Origin: a virus
Taxonomy: Duplodnaviria > Caudoviricetes
IMG/VR virus record: IMGVR_UViG_3300042863_001365
Span: 1 to 59,114 of that record
Reading direction: 5' to 3' (one strand)
DNA: 59,114 nt
In this document: positions 37,250 through 47,178 of the stretch, in pieces
How positions within the stretch are numbered: the stretch's first letter is position 1
Layout: each line of letters opens with the position of its first letter
Position numbers and translations under genes: made by a program
Notes under the pieces: generated by a model
The model's input: only the letters and a program-made list of their open reading frames with translations
The model's database searches: none
What the model was told of the DNA's origin: nothing

Positions 37250-38353
37250 ATGGTAAAACCATTTGATATTTCGCGGTTGCGAAAAAGTTTAACTAAAAGT
37301 GTTCCGGGAATGAGTGTTGGGTTTCGTGATCCAGATACATGGATTTCAACAGGTAACTACACACTAAACAAACTTATTAGCGGAGACTGGCATAAAGGTG
37401 TTCCTCTTGGTAAAGTTACAGTTTTTGCAGGCGAAAGTGGTAGCGGTAAATCATTTCTTGCAAGTGGTAATATTGTAAAAAATGCACAAGAACAAGGTAT
37501 TTTTGTTATATTAATTGACAGTGAAAATGCACTAGATAAAACTTGGTTAAATGCGTTAGACGTTGATACATCAGAAGATAAATTGCTAAAATTGAATGTA
37601 GCAATGATTGATGATGTTGCAAAGATAATCTACGATTTCATAAAAGAATATAAAGCAGACTACGCAGATAAACCTGATGCAGAACGACCAAAAGTATTAT
37701 TTGTTATAGATAGTCTTGGTATGTTGCTAACTCCAACCGATATAGATCAGTTCTCAAAAGGTGATCTAAAAGGTGATATGGGTAGAAAACCAAAAGCATT
37801 AAAGGCATTGGTGACAAATTGTGTCAATATGTTTGGCGATTATAATATTGGATTGGTTGCGACTAATCACGTTTACGCATCACAAAATATGTTTGATCCT
37901 GACCCAGTAGTATCTGGTGGTAGTGGATTTATTTTTGCATCTAGTATTCTAGTTGCTATTAATAAATTAAAACTTAAAACTGACGAAAATGGGGCTAAAA
38001 CTACAGACGTTCAAGGTATTCGTGCAGTATGTAAAGTAATGAAAACTAGATATGCTAAACCATTTGAAAAAGTTGAATTAGAAATTCCATATAGTACAGG
38101 ACTTGATCCATATAGCGGAATGTTTGACTTTTTTCAAAAAGCTGAATTACTTAAAAAAAGCGGAAACAGATGGGAATACATCAGTGAAAGCACTGGAGAA
38201 GTAATAAAGTTATATGAAAAAGAATGGAATAGAAATACTAATTCTTGTTTAGATACAGTTATGTCAGAATTTGACCAACTTATTACTCTTTCATTGGGCA
38301 ACAATGTCGAAACAGTTTCAGAAGAAATTGATGTAGAAAATCAATCTGAATAA
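37250..38353 (+). CDS. uvsX: RecA-like recombinase
   Basis: GESGSGKS; IDSENA; VIDSLGML; GDMGR; SGG-G. Confidence 0.93.
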   Translation: MVKPFDISRLRKSLTKSVPGMSVGFRDPDTWISTGNYTLNKLISGDWHKGVPLGKVTVFAGESGSGKSFLASGNIVKNAQEQGIFVILIDSENALDKTWLNALDVDTSEDKLLKLNVAMIDDVAKIIYDFIKEYKADYADKPDAERPKVLFVIDSLGMLLTPTDIDQFSKGDLKGDMGRKPKALKALVTNCVNMFGDYNIGLVATNHVYASQNMFDPDPVVSGGSGFIFASSILVAINKLKLKTDENGAKTTDVQGIRAVCKVMKTRYAKPFEKVELEIPYSTGLDPYSGMFDFFQKAELLKKSGNRWEYISESTGEVIKLYEKEWNRNTNSCLDTVMSEFDQLITLSLGNNVETVSEEIDVENQSE

Positions 38354-38425
38354 AAAAACAACAAAAACATATATAGATGAACGGGATTTATTCCCGTTCA
38401 TTTGTATTATAAAGGAATAAATATT

Positions 38426-38656
38426 ATGATTGATAAAGAAATTAGTCTGTTCTTGGAAATATGGGATACTGTAAAAGTTTATATTCCAATTAAAGAAAAA
38501 CAAGAAGCAGCACAACATGTTTTGCAAATGTTAGATGAATATGGAATAGATATAGAAGAACATAAAATTGAAATGTCAGATCACTGTTCTATTTTGGAGA
38601 GTGCAATTAAAGATATTTTAGCTGGATATGATGATATAGAAGACGATATGGAATAA
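38426..38656 (+). CDS. Small acidic hypothetical protein
   Basis: AAGGA RBS; lies between uvsX and uvsY. Confidence 0.7.
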   Translation: MIDKEISLFLEIWDTVKVYIPIKEKQEAAQHVLQMLDEYGIDIEEHKIEMSDHCSILESAIKDILAGYDDIEDDME

Positions 38657-38659
38657 AAA

Positions 38660-39118
38660 ATGAGTGGATGGCTACAAAAAGTTAGAAATAATATGAATAC
38701 CATCGTAGATGCAATTTCATATTATGAAAAAGAAATCTCAGAAGCAAGAAAAGATATTAGTTTAGCAGGAAATGTTGAAAGAAATGCCAGAGACATGCCC
38801 GGAATAGTTGAATATAGATTTTATCAATTACAAGAGATAGAATCTATACTAGAATATCTAAATATTGAATTGAGAAAAATGCGTAGTCATTCATTTAAAA
38901 AATTCTTGGAACATTATAATAAACAATTATCAAGCCGTGATGCTGAAAAATATATTGATGGTGAACCAAATATTGTAGACATGACACACCTAATAAATGA
39001 ATTTGCATTAGTGCGTAATAGTATGCAGGGAATTATAAAAGCACTTGAACAGAAATCATTTTCTATTAATAACATTATAAAATTACGAGCAGCAGGTCTC
39101 GAAAACATAGAACTATAA
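38660..39118 (+). CDS. uvsY: Recombination mediator (UvsY-like)
   Basis: Helical; LSSRDAEKYIDGE...KALEQK-F-INNI-KLR-AG; context. Confidence 0.75.
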   Translation: MSGWLQKVRNNMNTIVDAISYYEKEISEARKDISLAGNVERNARDMPGIVEYRFYQLQEIESILEYLNIELRKMRSHSFKKFLEHYNKQLSSRDAEKYIDGEPNIVDMTHLINEFALVRNSMQGIIKALEQKSFSINNIIKLRAAGLENIEL

Positions 39119-39180
39119 ACTAGTTGACAACATACTCAGAATCGGTTTACAATGTGTTAAGCCTGATTCTGGAGTATACT

Positions 39181-39957
39181 ATGACCTGCAAGACACCAAA
39201 CATCCCACATACGTTAAAAATGCCAATGCCGAATAACCCATTTCGGGTTATGGATCATGTTGGCGTTTTGGGACTGGATTATGTTCTTGGTATTTCTGAT
39301 GCAATTTATACGGTGCATGGATACAAACAGTTTGTAGATAATGCATCAGAAGTTATATCAGTAATATCTTCCCTTGTTAATAACAGAGGTACTTCTTATT
39401 GTGTCACTGATCCTGCTATCATGAAAGAACGTAGAGAATTCTTATCAAACGAATATGTGATGAAAACAATGGAAGGAAAACTATCACAGTTTGACTTATC
39501 ATTCATCAACATTTTGTCTGATGAAAAGTTTGACGAAATGATGCGAGCAAATCCGAATAAAATAACTTTGTCTAATAATAGTTTCAAATCATTGGCCGCA
39601 GCATTTCCAAAAGTATATAAAGAAACAAAAGAACGCACATATTTCAATGATGTGATCAGTGAGGTTGCATCAAAAAGTTCATATGTAGGCGACTTGAAAA
39701 GTCGTTATAATTTTAAACTTAAACTTTTATCAAAACGATTTGTGTCTGATAAGGGATTTTGGGTTGTCAATGCTCTTAACGAAGAAAAAGATATTGTTAC
39801 ATTTTTTGATGCAAAGGCAACATCTGATCCAACATGCGATTTATACAAAATTAAAGTAGGTGACATGTTTAAACTTAGAGGAACTGTAGTTAAGCACAAT
39901 TTCTCAACTTACACCAAATGTAAAGAAACACGGCTGTCTAGGATTGTTTATTCTTGA
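39181..39957 (+). CDS. Hypothetical protein with C-terminal OB-fold-like domain
   Basis: GGAG RBS; YVG...GTVVKH...ETRLSR resembles the C-terminus of 5249..6403. Confidence 0.6.
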   Translation: MTCKTPNIPHTLKMPMPNNPFRVMDHVGVLGLDYVLGISDAIYTVHGYKQFVDNASEVISVISSLVNNRGTSYCVTDPAIMKERREFLSNEYVMKTMEGKLSQFDLSFINILSDEKFDEMMRANPNKITLSNNSFKSLAAAFPKVYKETKERTYFNDVISEVASKSSYVGDLKSRYNFKLKLLSKRFVSDKGFWVVNALNEEKDIVTFFDAKATSDPTCDLYKIKVGDMFKLRGTVVKHNFSTYTKCKETRLSRIVYS

Positions 39958-40015
39958 CATCCCACGATGATTCGCGTAATGTCACTTCATGACCAAATGA
40001 AAGGGACACTACACT

Positions 40016-41050
40016 ATGACTAACAAAGTTCGAATCCATGATGGCCGTGTTCGTAACATCACCATCAAAAACATGACGTTTGGCCTGATCCAAGGTCTTA
40101 AGACTGGCAATTCTGGTTCGTGGATCACGGTTGACCCGCGTTCTGCTGAAGGAACTGGTTCTGATGCGATCAAGGCTCTTGGTGCAACGGTAATTCGTGT
40201 CAAGGTTGATACCAATACTTGTTTTGAAATCTTCGATACTGGTTCTACGCCTTCCGCAGAATCTGCGTTTGTCGAAGAAATCGAAGAAACTGATGATGAA
40301 ATCATGGAACGTCTTCGTGAACGGTTTGCAATCCTTGAAGAAATGACTGGTGCATGTGTTGATGGTACGATTCGCGGCATGGTTGTTGCAGGTCCGCCCG
40401 GTGTTGGCAAATCCTATGGCATTGAAAAAGTCATTGATATGGCCCATGTGTGCAGCACTATCGGAAACGGTGAAGCAAAGTTTGGCATGGAAAAGGGTGC
40501 GGCAACTCCGATTGGCCTTTACAAGATGATGTTTGAATATTCTTCTCCCGGTTCTGTCTTGGTTCTGGATGATTCGGATACCATCCTGTTCGATGATACG
40601 TCGTTGAACTTGCTGAAGGCTGCACTGGATAGTGGCAAGCGTCGTCGAATTTCGTGGCGGTCTGAAAGCCGTGCATTGGAAAATGCTGGTGTTCCCGATA
40701 GTTATGATTTTGAAGGATCGGTGATTTTTGTTACCAACCTCAAACTTGAAGCTGCACGGGGCAAGATTGGTGATCACATGCAAGCCCTTTTGTCTCGCTG
40801 CCATTATCTTGATCTGACTATCAATACTACCCGTGAAAAATTCCTTCGTTGTAAGCAAATCATTCAAGATGGTATGCTTGCTCGCTACGGGTTCAATGAA
40901 GAACAAAAAGATGAAATCTTGAATTATGTTTATGATAATCAGGATCGTCTGCGGGAATTGTCGCTTCGCATGGTTTCCAAGATTGCCGACCTGTATAAGA
41001 TGTCTCCTAAGCGGTGGAAGCAATTGGCGGAAAATACCTGCATCCGCTAA
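40016..41050 (+). CDS. AAA+ family ATPase
   Basis: GPPGVGKS; VLVLDDSD; LLKAALD; IFVTN; ALLSR; has its own promoter and terminator. Confidence 0.85.
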   Translation: MTNKVRIHDGRVRNITIKNMTFGLIQGLKTGNSGSWITVDPRSAEGTGSDAIKALGATVIRVKVDTNTCFEIFDTGSTPSAESAFVEEIEETDDEIMERLRERFAILEEMTGACVDGTIRGMVVAGPPGVGKSYGIEKVIDMAHVCSTIGNGEAKFGMEKGAATPIGLYKMMFEYSSPGSVLVLDDSDTILFDDTSLNLLKAALDSGKRRRISWRSESRALENAGVPDSYDFEGSVIFVTNLKLEAARGKIGDHMQALLSRCHYLDLTINTTREKFLRCKQIIQDGMLARYGFNEEQKDEILNYVYDNQDRLRELSLRMVSKIADLYKMSPKRWKQLAENTCIR

Positions 41051-41085
41051 TACCGCTTGACTTCTGGCAAAACTAATGCTAATAT

Positions 41086-41119
41086 GTGGGGTAGCAAATA
41101 ACTGCTACCCCATTTTTTA
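41086..41119 (+). terminator. Intrinsic terminator
   Basis: TGGGGTAGCA/TGCTACCCCA stem followed by a T-run. Confidence 0.8.
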
Positions 41120-41160
41120 TTTACAAATATGTGGCAAGGACAGGAATAACGAAAGTAATA

Positions 41161-42615
41161 ATGACAATAGCAAAAATAATATTAAAAAATGAAGTTGCTT
41201 GTAGTATAAATGGTTTAGACTTGGACACTAGAAAAAAATTATCAGAGAAATATAGTTTTTTTGTTCCTCATGCCAGATATTCCCCAAGTTTCAAATTAGG
41301 ACGTTGGGACGGTAAGATAAATTTCTTTTCTATAGGTGGAAGCACATATAATAATTTATTAGAAGAAATAGTTCCTGATCTGATCCAGAGCGGATACGAG
41401 GTAGACATAGAAGACAATCGGGTTGCCGCCAATATAGGCACACTAGAACCAGTTGAACGAAACACATTTGCCCATATAATTTGGCCCGAGGGACATCCCT
41501 TTGAAGGCAAACCAGTAGAACTACATGATCATCAGATAAATGCGATCAATCAATATCTAGAAAATCCACAATGTATTCAAGAATTAAGTACTAGTGCGGG
41601 AAAAACTATTATTACTGCTGCATTAAGTCAACGTATTGAGAAATATGGCAGAAGCATTGTAATTGTTCCCAACAAAAGTTTAGTTGAACAAACGTTGGCA
41701 GATTATGAAAACTTTGAATTAGATGTTGGTGTTTATTATGGCGACAGAAAAGATTTAGACAAAACTCATACGATATGCACTTGGCAAAGTCTAGAATCAC
41801 TTGAACGGCAGAAGCGGGATGAAAAGCGATCAGATGCAGTTGAAGAATTTGTTTCTGGTGTATGTTGCGTGATTGTGGATGAGGTTCACGGTGCTGATGC
41901 AGCGGCATTGAAGCGGTTATTATCTGGTCCTATGGCTAACATTCCGCTGCGATGGGGTTTAACTGGTACTATACCTAAAGACCAAGGATCACAAATGTCA
42001 ATCAAGGTAAATCTTGGTCCGATAGTAAACAAAGTAAAAGCATCTGATTTGCAAGAATTAGGAATTCTTTCTAGTTGTAATATAAATGTATTACAGACAC
42101 AAGAAAATATTATTTACAGTAATTACCAAAGTGAATTAAGCTTTTTGGTTACTGATCCTGTTCGACTAGATTGGATGGCAGAAAAGATCAAAGAAATATC
42201 ATGTAGTGGTAACACATTAGTTTTAGTTGATCGTATAAAAACTGGTGAAGAACTGGTTGCTAGAATAGAAGATAGTGTTTTCGTCAGTGGCGAGGTAAAG
42301 CAGAAGAAAAGAAAAGAAGAATATAAAGACATTAATTTAGGTGAAGGCAAAATATTAGTTGCAACATTCGGCGTAGCCGCAGTTGGCATTTCTATAACAA
42401 GATTACACAATGTAGTTTTGATAGAACCGGGAAAAAGTTTTGTAAGAGTAATTCAAAGTATTGGCAGAGGATTACGAAAAGGATTTGACAAAGATCATGT
42501 TAATATATGGGATGTTTGTGCAAATGCGAAATACAGTAAAAAACACCTTACTGAACGTAAAAGATTCTATTCAGACGCAGAATATCCTTTTACTATAAAG
42601 AAAATTTACAGATAA
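41161..42615 (+). CDS. uvsW: SF2 DNA helicase (UvsW-like)
   Basis: TSAGKT; VDEVH; GLTGT; QSIGRGLR. Confidence 0.9.
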   Translation: MTIAKIILKNEVACSINGLDLDTRKKLSEKYSFFVPHARYSPSFKLGRWDGKINFFSIGGSTYNNLLEEIVPDLIQSGYEVDIEDNRVAANIGTLEPVERNTFAHIIWPEGHPFEGKPVELHDHQINAINQYLENPQCIQELSTSAGKTIITAALSQRIEKYGRSIVIVPNKSLVEQTLADYENFELDVGVYYGDRKDLDKTHTICTWQSLESLERQKRDEKRSDAVEEFVSGVCCVIVDEVHGADAAALKRLLSGPMANIPLRWGLTGTIPKDQGSQMSIKVNLGPIVNKVKASDLQELGILSSCNINVLQTQENIIYSNYQSELSFLVTDPVRLDWMAEKIKEISCSGNTLVLVDRIKTGEELVARIEDSVFVSGEVKQKKRKEEYKDINLGEGKILVATFGVAAVGISITRLHNVVLIEPGKSFVRVIQSIGRGLRKGFDKDHVNIWDVCANAKYSKKHLTERKRFYSDAEYPFTIKKIYR

Positions 42616-42630
42616 CAAAGGAGAAATAAA

Positions 42631-43131
42631 ATTAAAGTATTAACTTTAGAAAACACCACATTAGAAATAGATTATGTTCCTGAGCAAATAGATGATATAA
42701 GATATAGTGTGCTAGATTATAGCGATAAAAAGAATGCTGATTACATTTTTCAACCATTAGTATTCTTAGAAATATTTACATCACCAGCCGCAGTAATAAG
42801 TATTGGTCCACATGTAATAAAAGTTCCACTTGACTGGAGCATAATTATATGCGAAAGTGATGCAGGCGATCCAGAAGTAGTTCCTATTACTTCATTAAAT
42901 GATCGTGGTTTTAGTGCATTTTGCTTTAATCCGTTAACCGGATTTTTGCCAGACTTCATGGAAATCAAAATTCTAAACATATATAACGAAGTAAAATGGT
43001 ATATGCCGAAACTAAAACAAGGACATTTTTTATCAGTTCCGCTACAAGATAAAAATAATCCAATATGTGCATTTTTTATAAAAGAAACAGCAAAAGTTCC
43101 AGACGTATTGGACATAAGGGATTTATGGTGA
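42631..43131 (+). CDS. Hypothetical protein, probably with an ATT start
   Basis: AAGGAG 7 nt before ATT at 42631; frame open for 26 codons ahead of the GTG at 42709. Confidence 0.65.
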   Translation: MKVLTLENTTLEIDYVPEQIDDIRYSVLDYSDKKNADYIFQPLVFLEIFTSPAAVISIGPHVIKVPLDWSIIICESDAGDPEVVPITSLNDRGFSAFCFNPLTGFLPDFMEIKILNIYNEVKWYMPKLKQGHFLSVPLQDKNNPICAFFIKETAKVPDVLDIRDLW

Positions 43132-43598
43132 CAATAGATAAATTAGATATTAAACAAGTATTGGGTGCAGTAGACAATAGAGATTTTGAATGGATCAATA
43201 CATTGTCTGATGAAGATAAAAAGAAATTATCAGTATGGCAAATAATGAGATTTGTTAGCAGTTGCGACTCTTCTAATAAAGAAATAACTCGCCATTATCT
43301 TCAAATGACTAATGATATTGTTAATACTCATTTCAATTCGTTGAGACTACATCCAGAGTTGCAATTTAGATTATTGCAAGTGTGTGGTATTGGATCAAAA
43401 CAATACCACGCATGGATTGCACCAACTAAAAAAGAAAAAAGTAACAAAGTAAAAAATTGGCTAGAAAGTCAGTTTCCAGAATATAACGATGATGAGATTG
43501 ATTTGTTGTTTAGAAATAATACAACAAATGAACTCAAATCATTTGCTATGGAAAAAGGACTACAAGATAAAGAAATATTAGATATATTTGGAAAGTAA
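43125..43598 (+). CDS. Clamp loader small subunit (gp62-like)
   Basis: IMRFVS...ND-VN...HPELQF-LL...W-; size and context. Confidence 0.55.
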   Translation: MVTIDKLDIKQVLGAVDNRDFEWINTLSDEDKKKLSVWQIMRFVSSCDSSNKEITRHYLQMTNDIVNTHFNSLRLHPELQFRLLQVCGIGSKQYHAWIAPTKKEKSNKVKNWLESQFPEYNDDEIDLLFRNNTTNELKSFAMEKGLQDKEILDIFGK

Positions 43599-43599
43599 T

Positions 43600-44370
43600 A
43601 TGTATACCTGTGATAAATGTAGTAAATCTTTTACAAGAGAAGGATGGTTTAAGAAACATGTATGTGGTGATACCATTAAAGTCTCTAAAAAAATATCAGT
43701 TGAAACAGAAACGTTTGTGTGTGAATATTGTGATAAATCATTCACTCGTGAAGGATGGCTAGAACGCCATATGTGTGACAAGAAAAAAAGATTTTTTGAA
43801 AAAAATGATAAAAGTGTAATAGCTGGATTTGCTGCATTTAATTATTGGTATAAAATAGCAATGAATGCAAAAAAAGATAAAACATTTGAACAGTTCAACA
43901 GTAGCAGATACTACAAATCTTTTGTTAAGTTTGGAGAATACATAGTCACGTCTAAGATAACTGATTGGGAATCATATGTTAGATGGTTATCGCAAAATAA
44001 TACAAAATTGGAAGATTGGGCTAAAGATTCTATAGTAAACCAATTTTATATTATGCTAAACAAAATAGAATCTCCTGATCGTGCAGTTGAAAAATTTATA
44101 TTAGTTGCAGAAGATTGGGGAGATAAGACTGGATATCATTGGAGTGATTTCTGGGAGAAAGCAAATCCATATCTTATACTTGACTATATAAAAGAAGGAA
44201 AGATAAGTCCATGGATATTATTCTCATCAATTACTGCACAAGAATTCGTAGATAATTTACCAGACGAAATGGTTCATATTATTATAGAAAATGTAGACGT
44301 TGATTTTTGGAAAAAGAAAACTAAAAATAACAAGGAAGATGTAGAATGGATAAACCAATTACTGCCATAA
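43600..44370 (+). CDS. Protein with two C2H2/C2HC-like zinc fingers
   Basis: YTCDKCSKSFTREGWFKKHVC and FVCEYCDKSFTREGWLERHMC. Confidence 0.75.
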   Translation: MYTCDKCSKSFTREGWFKKHVCGDTIKVSKKISVETETFVCEYCDKSFTREGWLERHMCDKKKRFFEKNDKSVIAGFAAFNYWYKIAMNAKKDKTFEQFNSSRYYKSFVKFGEYIVTSKITDWESYVRWLSQNNTKLEDWAKDSIVNQFYIMLNKIESPDRAVEKFILVAEDWGDKTGYHWSDFWEKANPYLILDYIKEGKISPWILFSSITAQEFVDNLPDEMVHIIIENVDVDFWKKKTKNNKEDVEWINQLLP

Positions 44371-44939
44371 TATCAACTGATATTGATATTGATACACCAG
44401 ATAGAAATAGTTTACTAAATCTGTTTCCTCATACTCCTGCTATGATTATTCGTAACAATAGAAAGGTTAAACACAACACTGGTGTTTACTTTCATAAAGT
44501 TCCGGTTGATCCATATACCGGATATTGCAATGTGGACTATGAAACTGCAGAAGATTTAGGATTTTTTAAGTTAGATATTTTGAATTTGAATATTTATAAA
44601 TCAGTAAAAAATGAAGAACATCTATTAAAATTAATGAATACAGAACCAGTATGGGAACTATTATCTAGTGAAGAATTTTGTGATATGTTATTTCAATTAA
44701 AAGGACATCATGGCGTATGTGCAACAATGAAACCAAACTCCATAGAGCAGTTAGCTGCAGTTTTAGCCATGATACGACCATCAAAAAATTATTTAATTGG
44801 CAAAGATTGGGATACCATATTTGCAGAAGTATGGGTTCCACCAGAAGATGGAAGCTATTATTTTAAAGCATCCCATTCTATAAGTTATGCAATGACAGTG
44901 GTTGTTCATATGAATTTAATTTGCGAAGAAGTTATGTAG
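44346..44939 (+). CDS. Miniature DNA polymerase III alpha (DnaE)-like protein
   Basis: DIDID-PDR; HNTGV; GFFKLDILNL; LAAVLAMIRP; YFKASHSISYA. Confidence 0.8.
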   Translation: MDKPITAIISTDIDIDTPDRNSLLNLFPHTPAMIIRNNRKVKHNTGVYFHKVPVDPYTGYCNVDYETAEDLGFFKLDILNLNIYKSVKNEEHLLKLMNTEPVWELLSSEEFCDMLFQLKGHHGVCATMKPNSIEQLAAVLAMIRPSKNYLIGKDWDTIFAEVWVPPEDGSYYFKASHSISYAMTVVVHMNLICEEVM

Positions 44940-45318
44940 TAGGTAATCTTCGTATAAGTTGTATGTTTCTTTTTTTACTTCTTTTAATCAATAAATTTCT
45001 TAAAGAAACTGAAGGACCATATAATATTTCAAAGTCCTTATTAGAAAAACTCATCAATGAATATTTAAATAATTCAAATCTTTTGCCCATTATAATATTA
45101 ATTGGTAAAAGTCGGTTGGTTTCCCACCACCATTCGCTTCCCAATTCTATGAACTTTAGTTTTTCTTCTTCTGTTTTAATTAAATGATAAACGTATATAC
45201 TTGTTACAGTTATATCAGTATTTTGTATAATACCGATATATTCATTTTTTCCACATTGGGCTACGCTTAGAAACGGAAATTTATCCGACAAAATTTTATA
45301 TTGTTCAATGTTAGACAT
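44932..45318 (-). CDS. Hypothetical protein
   Basis: AAGGA RBS; EYIGIIQN...LG-EWWWETNR-LPI. Confidence 0.7.
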   Translation of the reverse strand: MSNIEQYKILSDKFPFLSVAQCGKNEYIGIIQNTDITVTSIYVYHLIKTEEEKLKFIELGSEWWWETNRLLPINIIMGKRFELFKYSLMSFSNKDFEILYGPSVSLRNLLIKRSKKRNIQLIRRLPTT

Positions 45319-45366
45319 TATTGTTTTAAATTCCTTTTAATAAATATATCTTATAGGAGTATGCAC

Positions 45367-46140
45367 ATGGCACAACGAGAGATCGCATCTGGATTTATTT
45401 ATCCACAAACCGCAACTGTCTTAACTGGGACTACTAGATTTGGAAAAGATGCACATACACCTTTCCGCATATTGAAAGGTGTCGATACTAGTATTCAATT
45501 TTTTATAAAAAGCCAAAACGGTAAAAGTGTAAAGTTAAGAAATAAAACTTTTTTTGCAACTATAATCAAGGCAACCGATAAAGATATATTAGTTTCAAAA
45601 GAAATGAAAGTTGTCGATACAGAAAATGGAATAGCAAAATTAGTAATAACTGCAAATGATACTATACTATTTAACGTAGGATATTACGATCTTGTAATTC
45701 AGGTCAGAGAAGATTCTGGTGAAATAACACCTCTATATAATAATAGTACTTATCAACAAAAATATTCATTAGAATTGATGGATAATTATATAGATATTTC
45801 GCCAAATGTATATGAAGTAACTAATTTTTCATTGGATAATACATTCTATTATAGTGATAAAATCGCAGGAACTGCACAAAATCAAAGTACGTTTGGTGTT
45901 TCGACTATCGCAATATATGGAAATAATTATGTTGGTAAAGTTGGAGTAGAAGCTACACTTGAAAGCACTCCAACATATCGAAGCTGGTTCCCAATTGACT
46001 TGGACAGAGTTAAAGGAAAAGTAGAATATAACGGATTAACTGGCATTGAACCATATGTATTTGAAGGTAAGTTTTTTTGGATAAGATTTGTACTAAGCAA
46101 GACATCAGGAAGCATTGACAAAATTCTCTATTCATGCTAA
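45367..46140 (+). CDS. Putative virion structural protein (beta-rich)
   Basis: TAAATA and GGAG upstream; beta-strand-rich pattern. Confidence 0.55.
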   Translation: MAQREIASGFIYPQTATVLTGTTRFGKDAHTPFRILKGVDTSIQFFIKSQNGKSVKLRNKTFFATIIKATDKDILVSKEMKVVDTENGIAKLVITANDTILFNVGYYDLVIQVREDSGEITPLYNNSTYQQKYSLELMDNYIDISPNVYEVTNFSLDNTFYYSDKIAGTAQNQSTFGVSTIAIYGNNYVGKVGVEATLESTPTYRSWFPIDLDRVKGKVEYNGLTGIEPYVFEGKFFWIRFVLSKTSGSIDKILYSC

Positions 46141-46149
46141 TATCAGCCT

Positions 46150-47169
46150 ATGAATCATCCTTTTACTCAATTTATAATCAAAACGATTCCATATGGATGG
46201 AAACCGACTTCTGGCGGATGGGTAAGTGGCAACTGTCCTGTATGTGTATTCAATGGTGAACCACGTCCTGATACAAAAAGACGTGGTGGATTCCATATTG
46301 AAAATGATATAGTTGCATATCATTGCTTTAATTGTAATTATCATTGTGGATGGAATCCAACAACTGCTATTCATAAAAAACTAGAAAACTTATTAGTATA
46401 TCTTGGTGCAGATAGAAATGAAATTAAAAAATATGCACTTATGATATTTGCCAACAAAGGCGAAGCTACTGTTGAAAAATATGTAAAGCCAGAGTGGCAA
46501 AAAATAATAAAAACATGGACTCCAATAGAATTACCCAATAATTCGAAAAAGCTATTTGAGATTGAAGATATAGAAATTGACTCTCAACCATACAATTCTA
46601 TATTATATCTAAATGATAGAGAGTTATGTTTTCATCAAGACTGGTATTATAGTGATTACAAAAGTATAGGAAAAGATTTTTCCAAACGAGTTATCTTGCC
46701 ATTGAGATATAAGAAACAAATAGTTGGATATGCGGCGAGAGTAGTAGGAAATAAAAAACCATCTGAACCAAAATATTTGATAAATGTTCCCAAAGATTAT
46801 GTGTTTAATTTGGATAATCAAACATATAATAAAAAGTATGTGTTTGTAACCGAAGGATATTTTGATGCATTGATGGTAGATGGTGTTGCGATAGGAAGTA
46901 ATGCATTAAGTGATATACAAGCAGATATCATTGAATCTTTGGGTAAAAATATAATAGTAATACCAGATAAGAACGAAGCTGGAAAAAAATTAGTAAATGC
47001 TGCGATTGAACGAGGATGGGGAATATCTTTCCCACCATGGGAAAACGACATAATAGATGTAAACGATTCAGTTAACAGATATGGTAGACTTTTCACTGTT
47101 CGTACAGCCTTGCAATTCGCAGTAGAAAATAGATTAGAATCAAAAATAAAAGCACAACTATGGTGCTAA
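46150..47169 (+). CDS. DNA primase (gp61-like)
   Basis: Zn finger CPVC...HCFNC; TOPRIM VTEGYFDA and PDKNEAG. Confidence 0.9.
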   Translation: MNHPFTQFIIKTIPYGWKPTSGGWVSGNCPVCVFNGEPRPDTKRRGGFHIENDIVAYHCFNCNYHCGWNPTTAIHKKLENLLVYLGADRNEIKKYALMIFANKGEATVEKYVKPEWQKIIKTWTPIELPNNSKKLFEIEDIEIDSQPYNSILYLNDRELCFHQDWYYSDYKSIGKDFSKRVILPLRYKKQIVGYAARVVGNKKPSEPKYLINVPKDYVFNLDNQTYNKKYVFVTEGYFDALMVDGVAIGSNALSDIQADIIESLGKNIIVIPDKNEAGKKLVNAAIERGWGISFPPWENDIIDVNDSVNRYGRLFTVRTALQFAVENRLESKIKAQLWC

Positions 47170-47178
47170 AGGAAAAAA

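Noticed and set aside
39938-41023. 361-aa minus-strand ORF
   Set aside because: Antisense shadow of the AAA+ ATPase; the same applies to 12171..12932, 7968..8489, 22130..22663 and 28918..29394.
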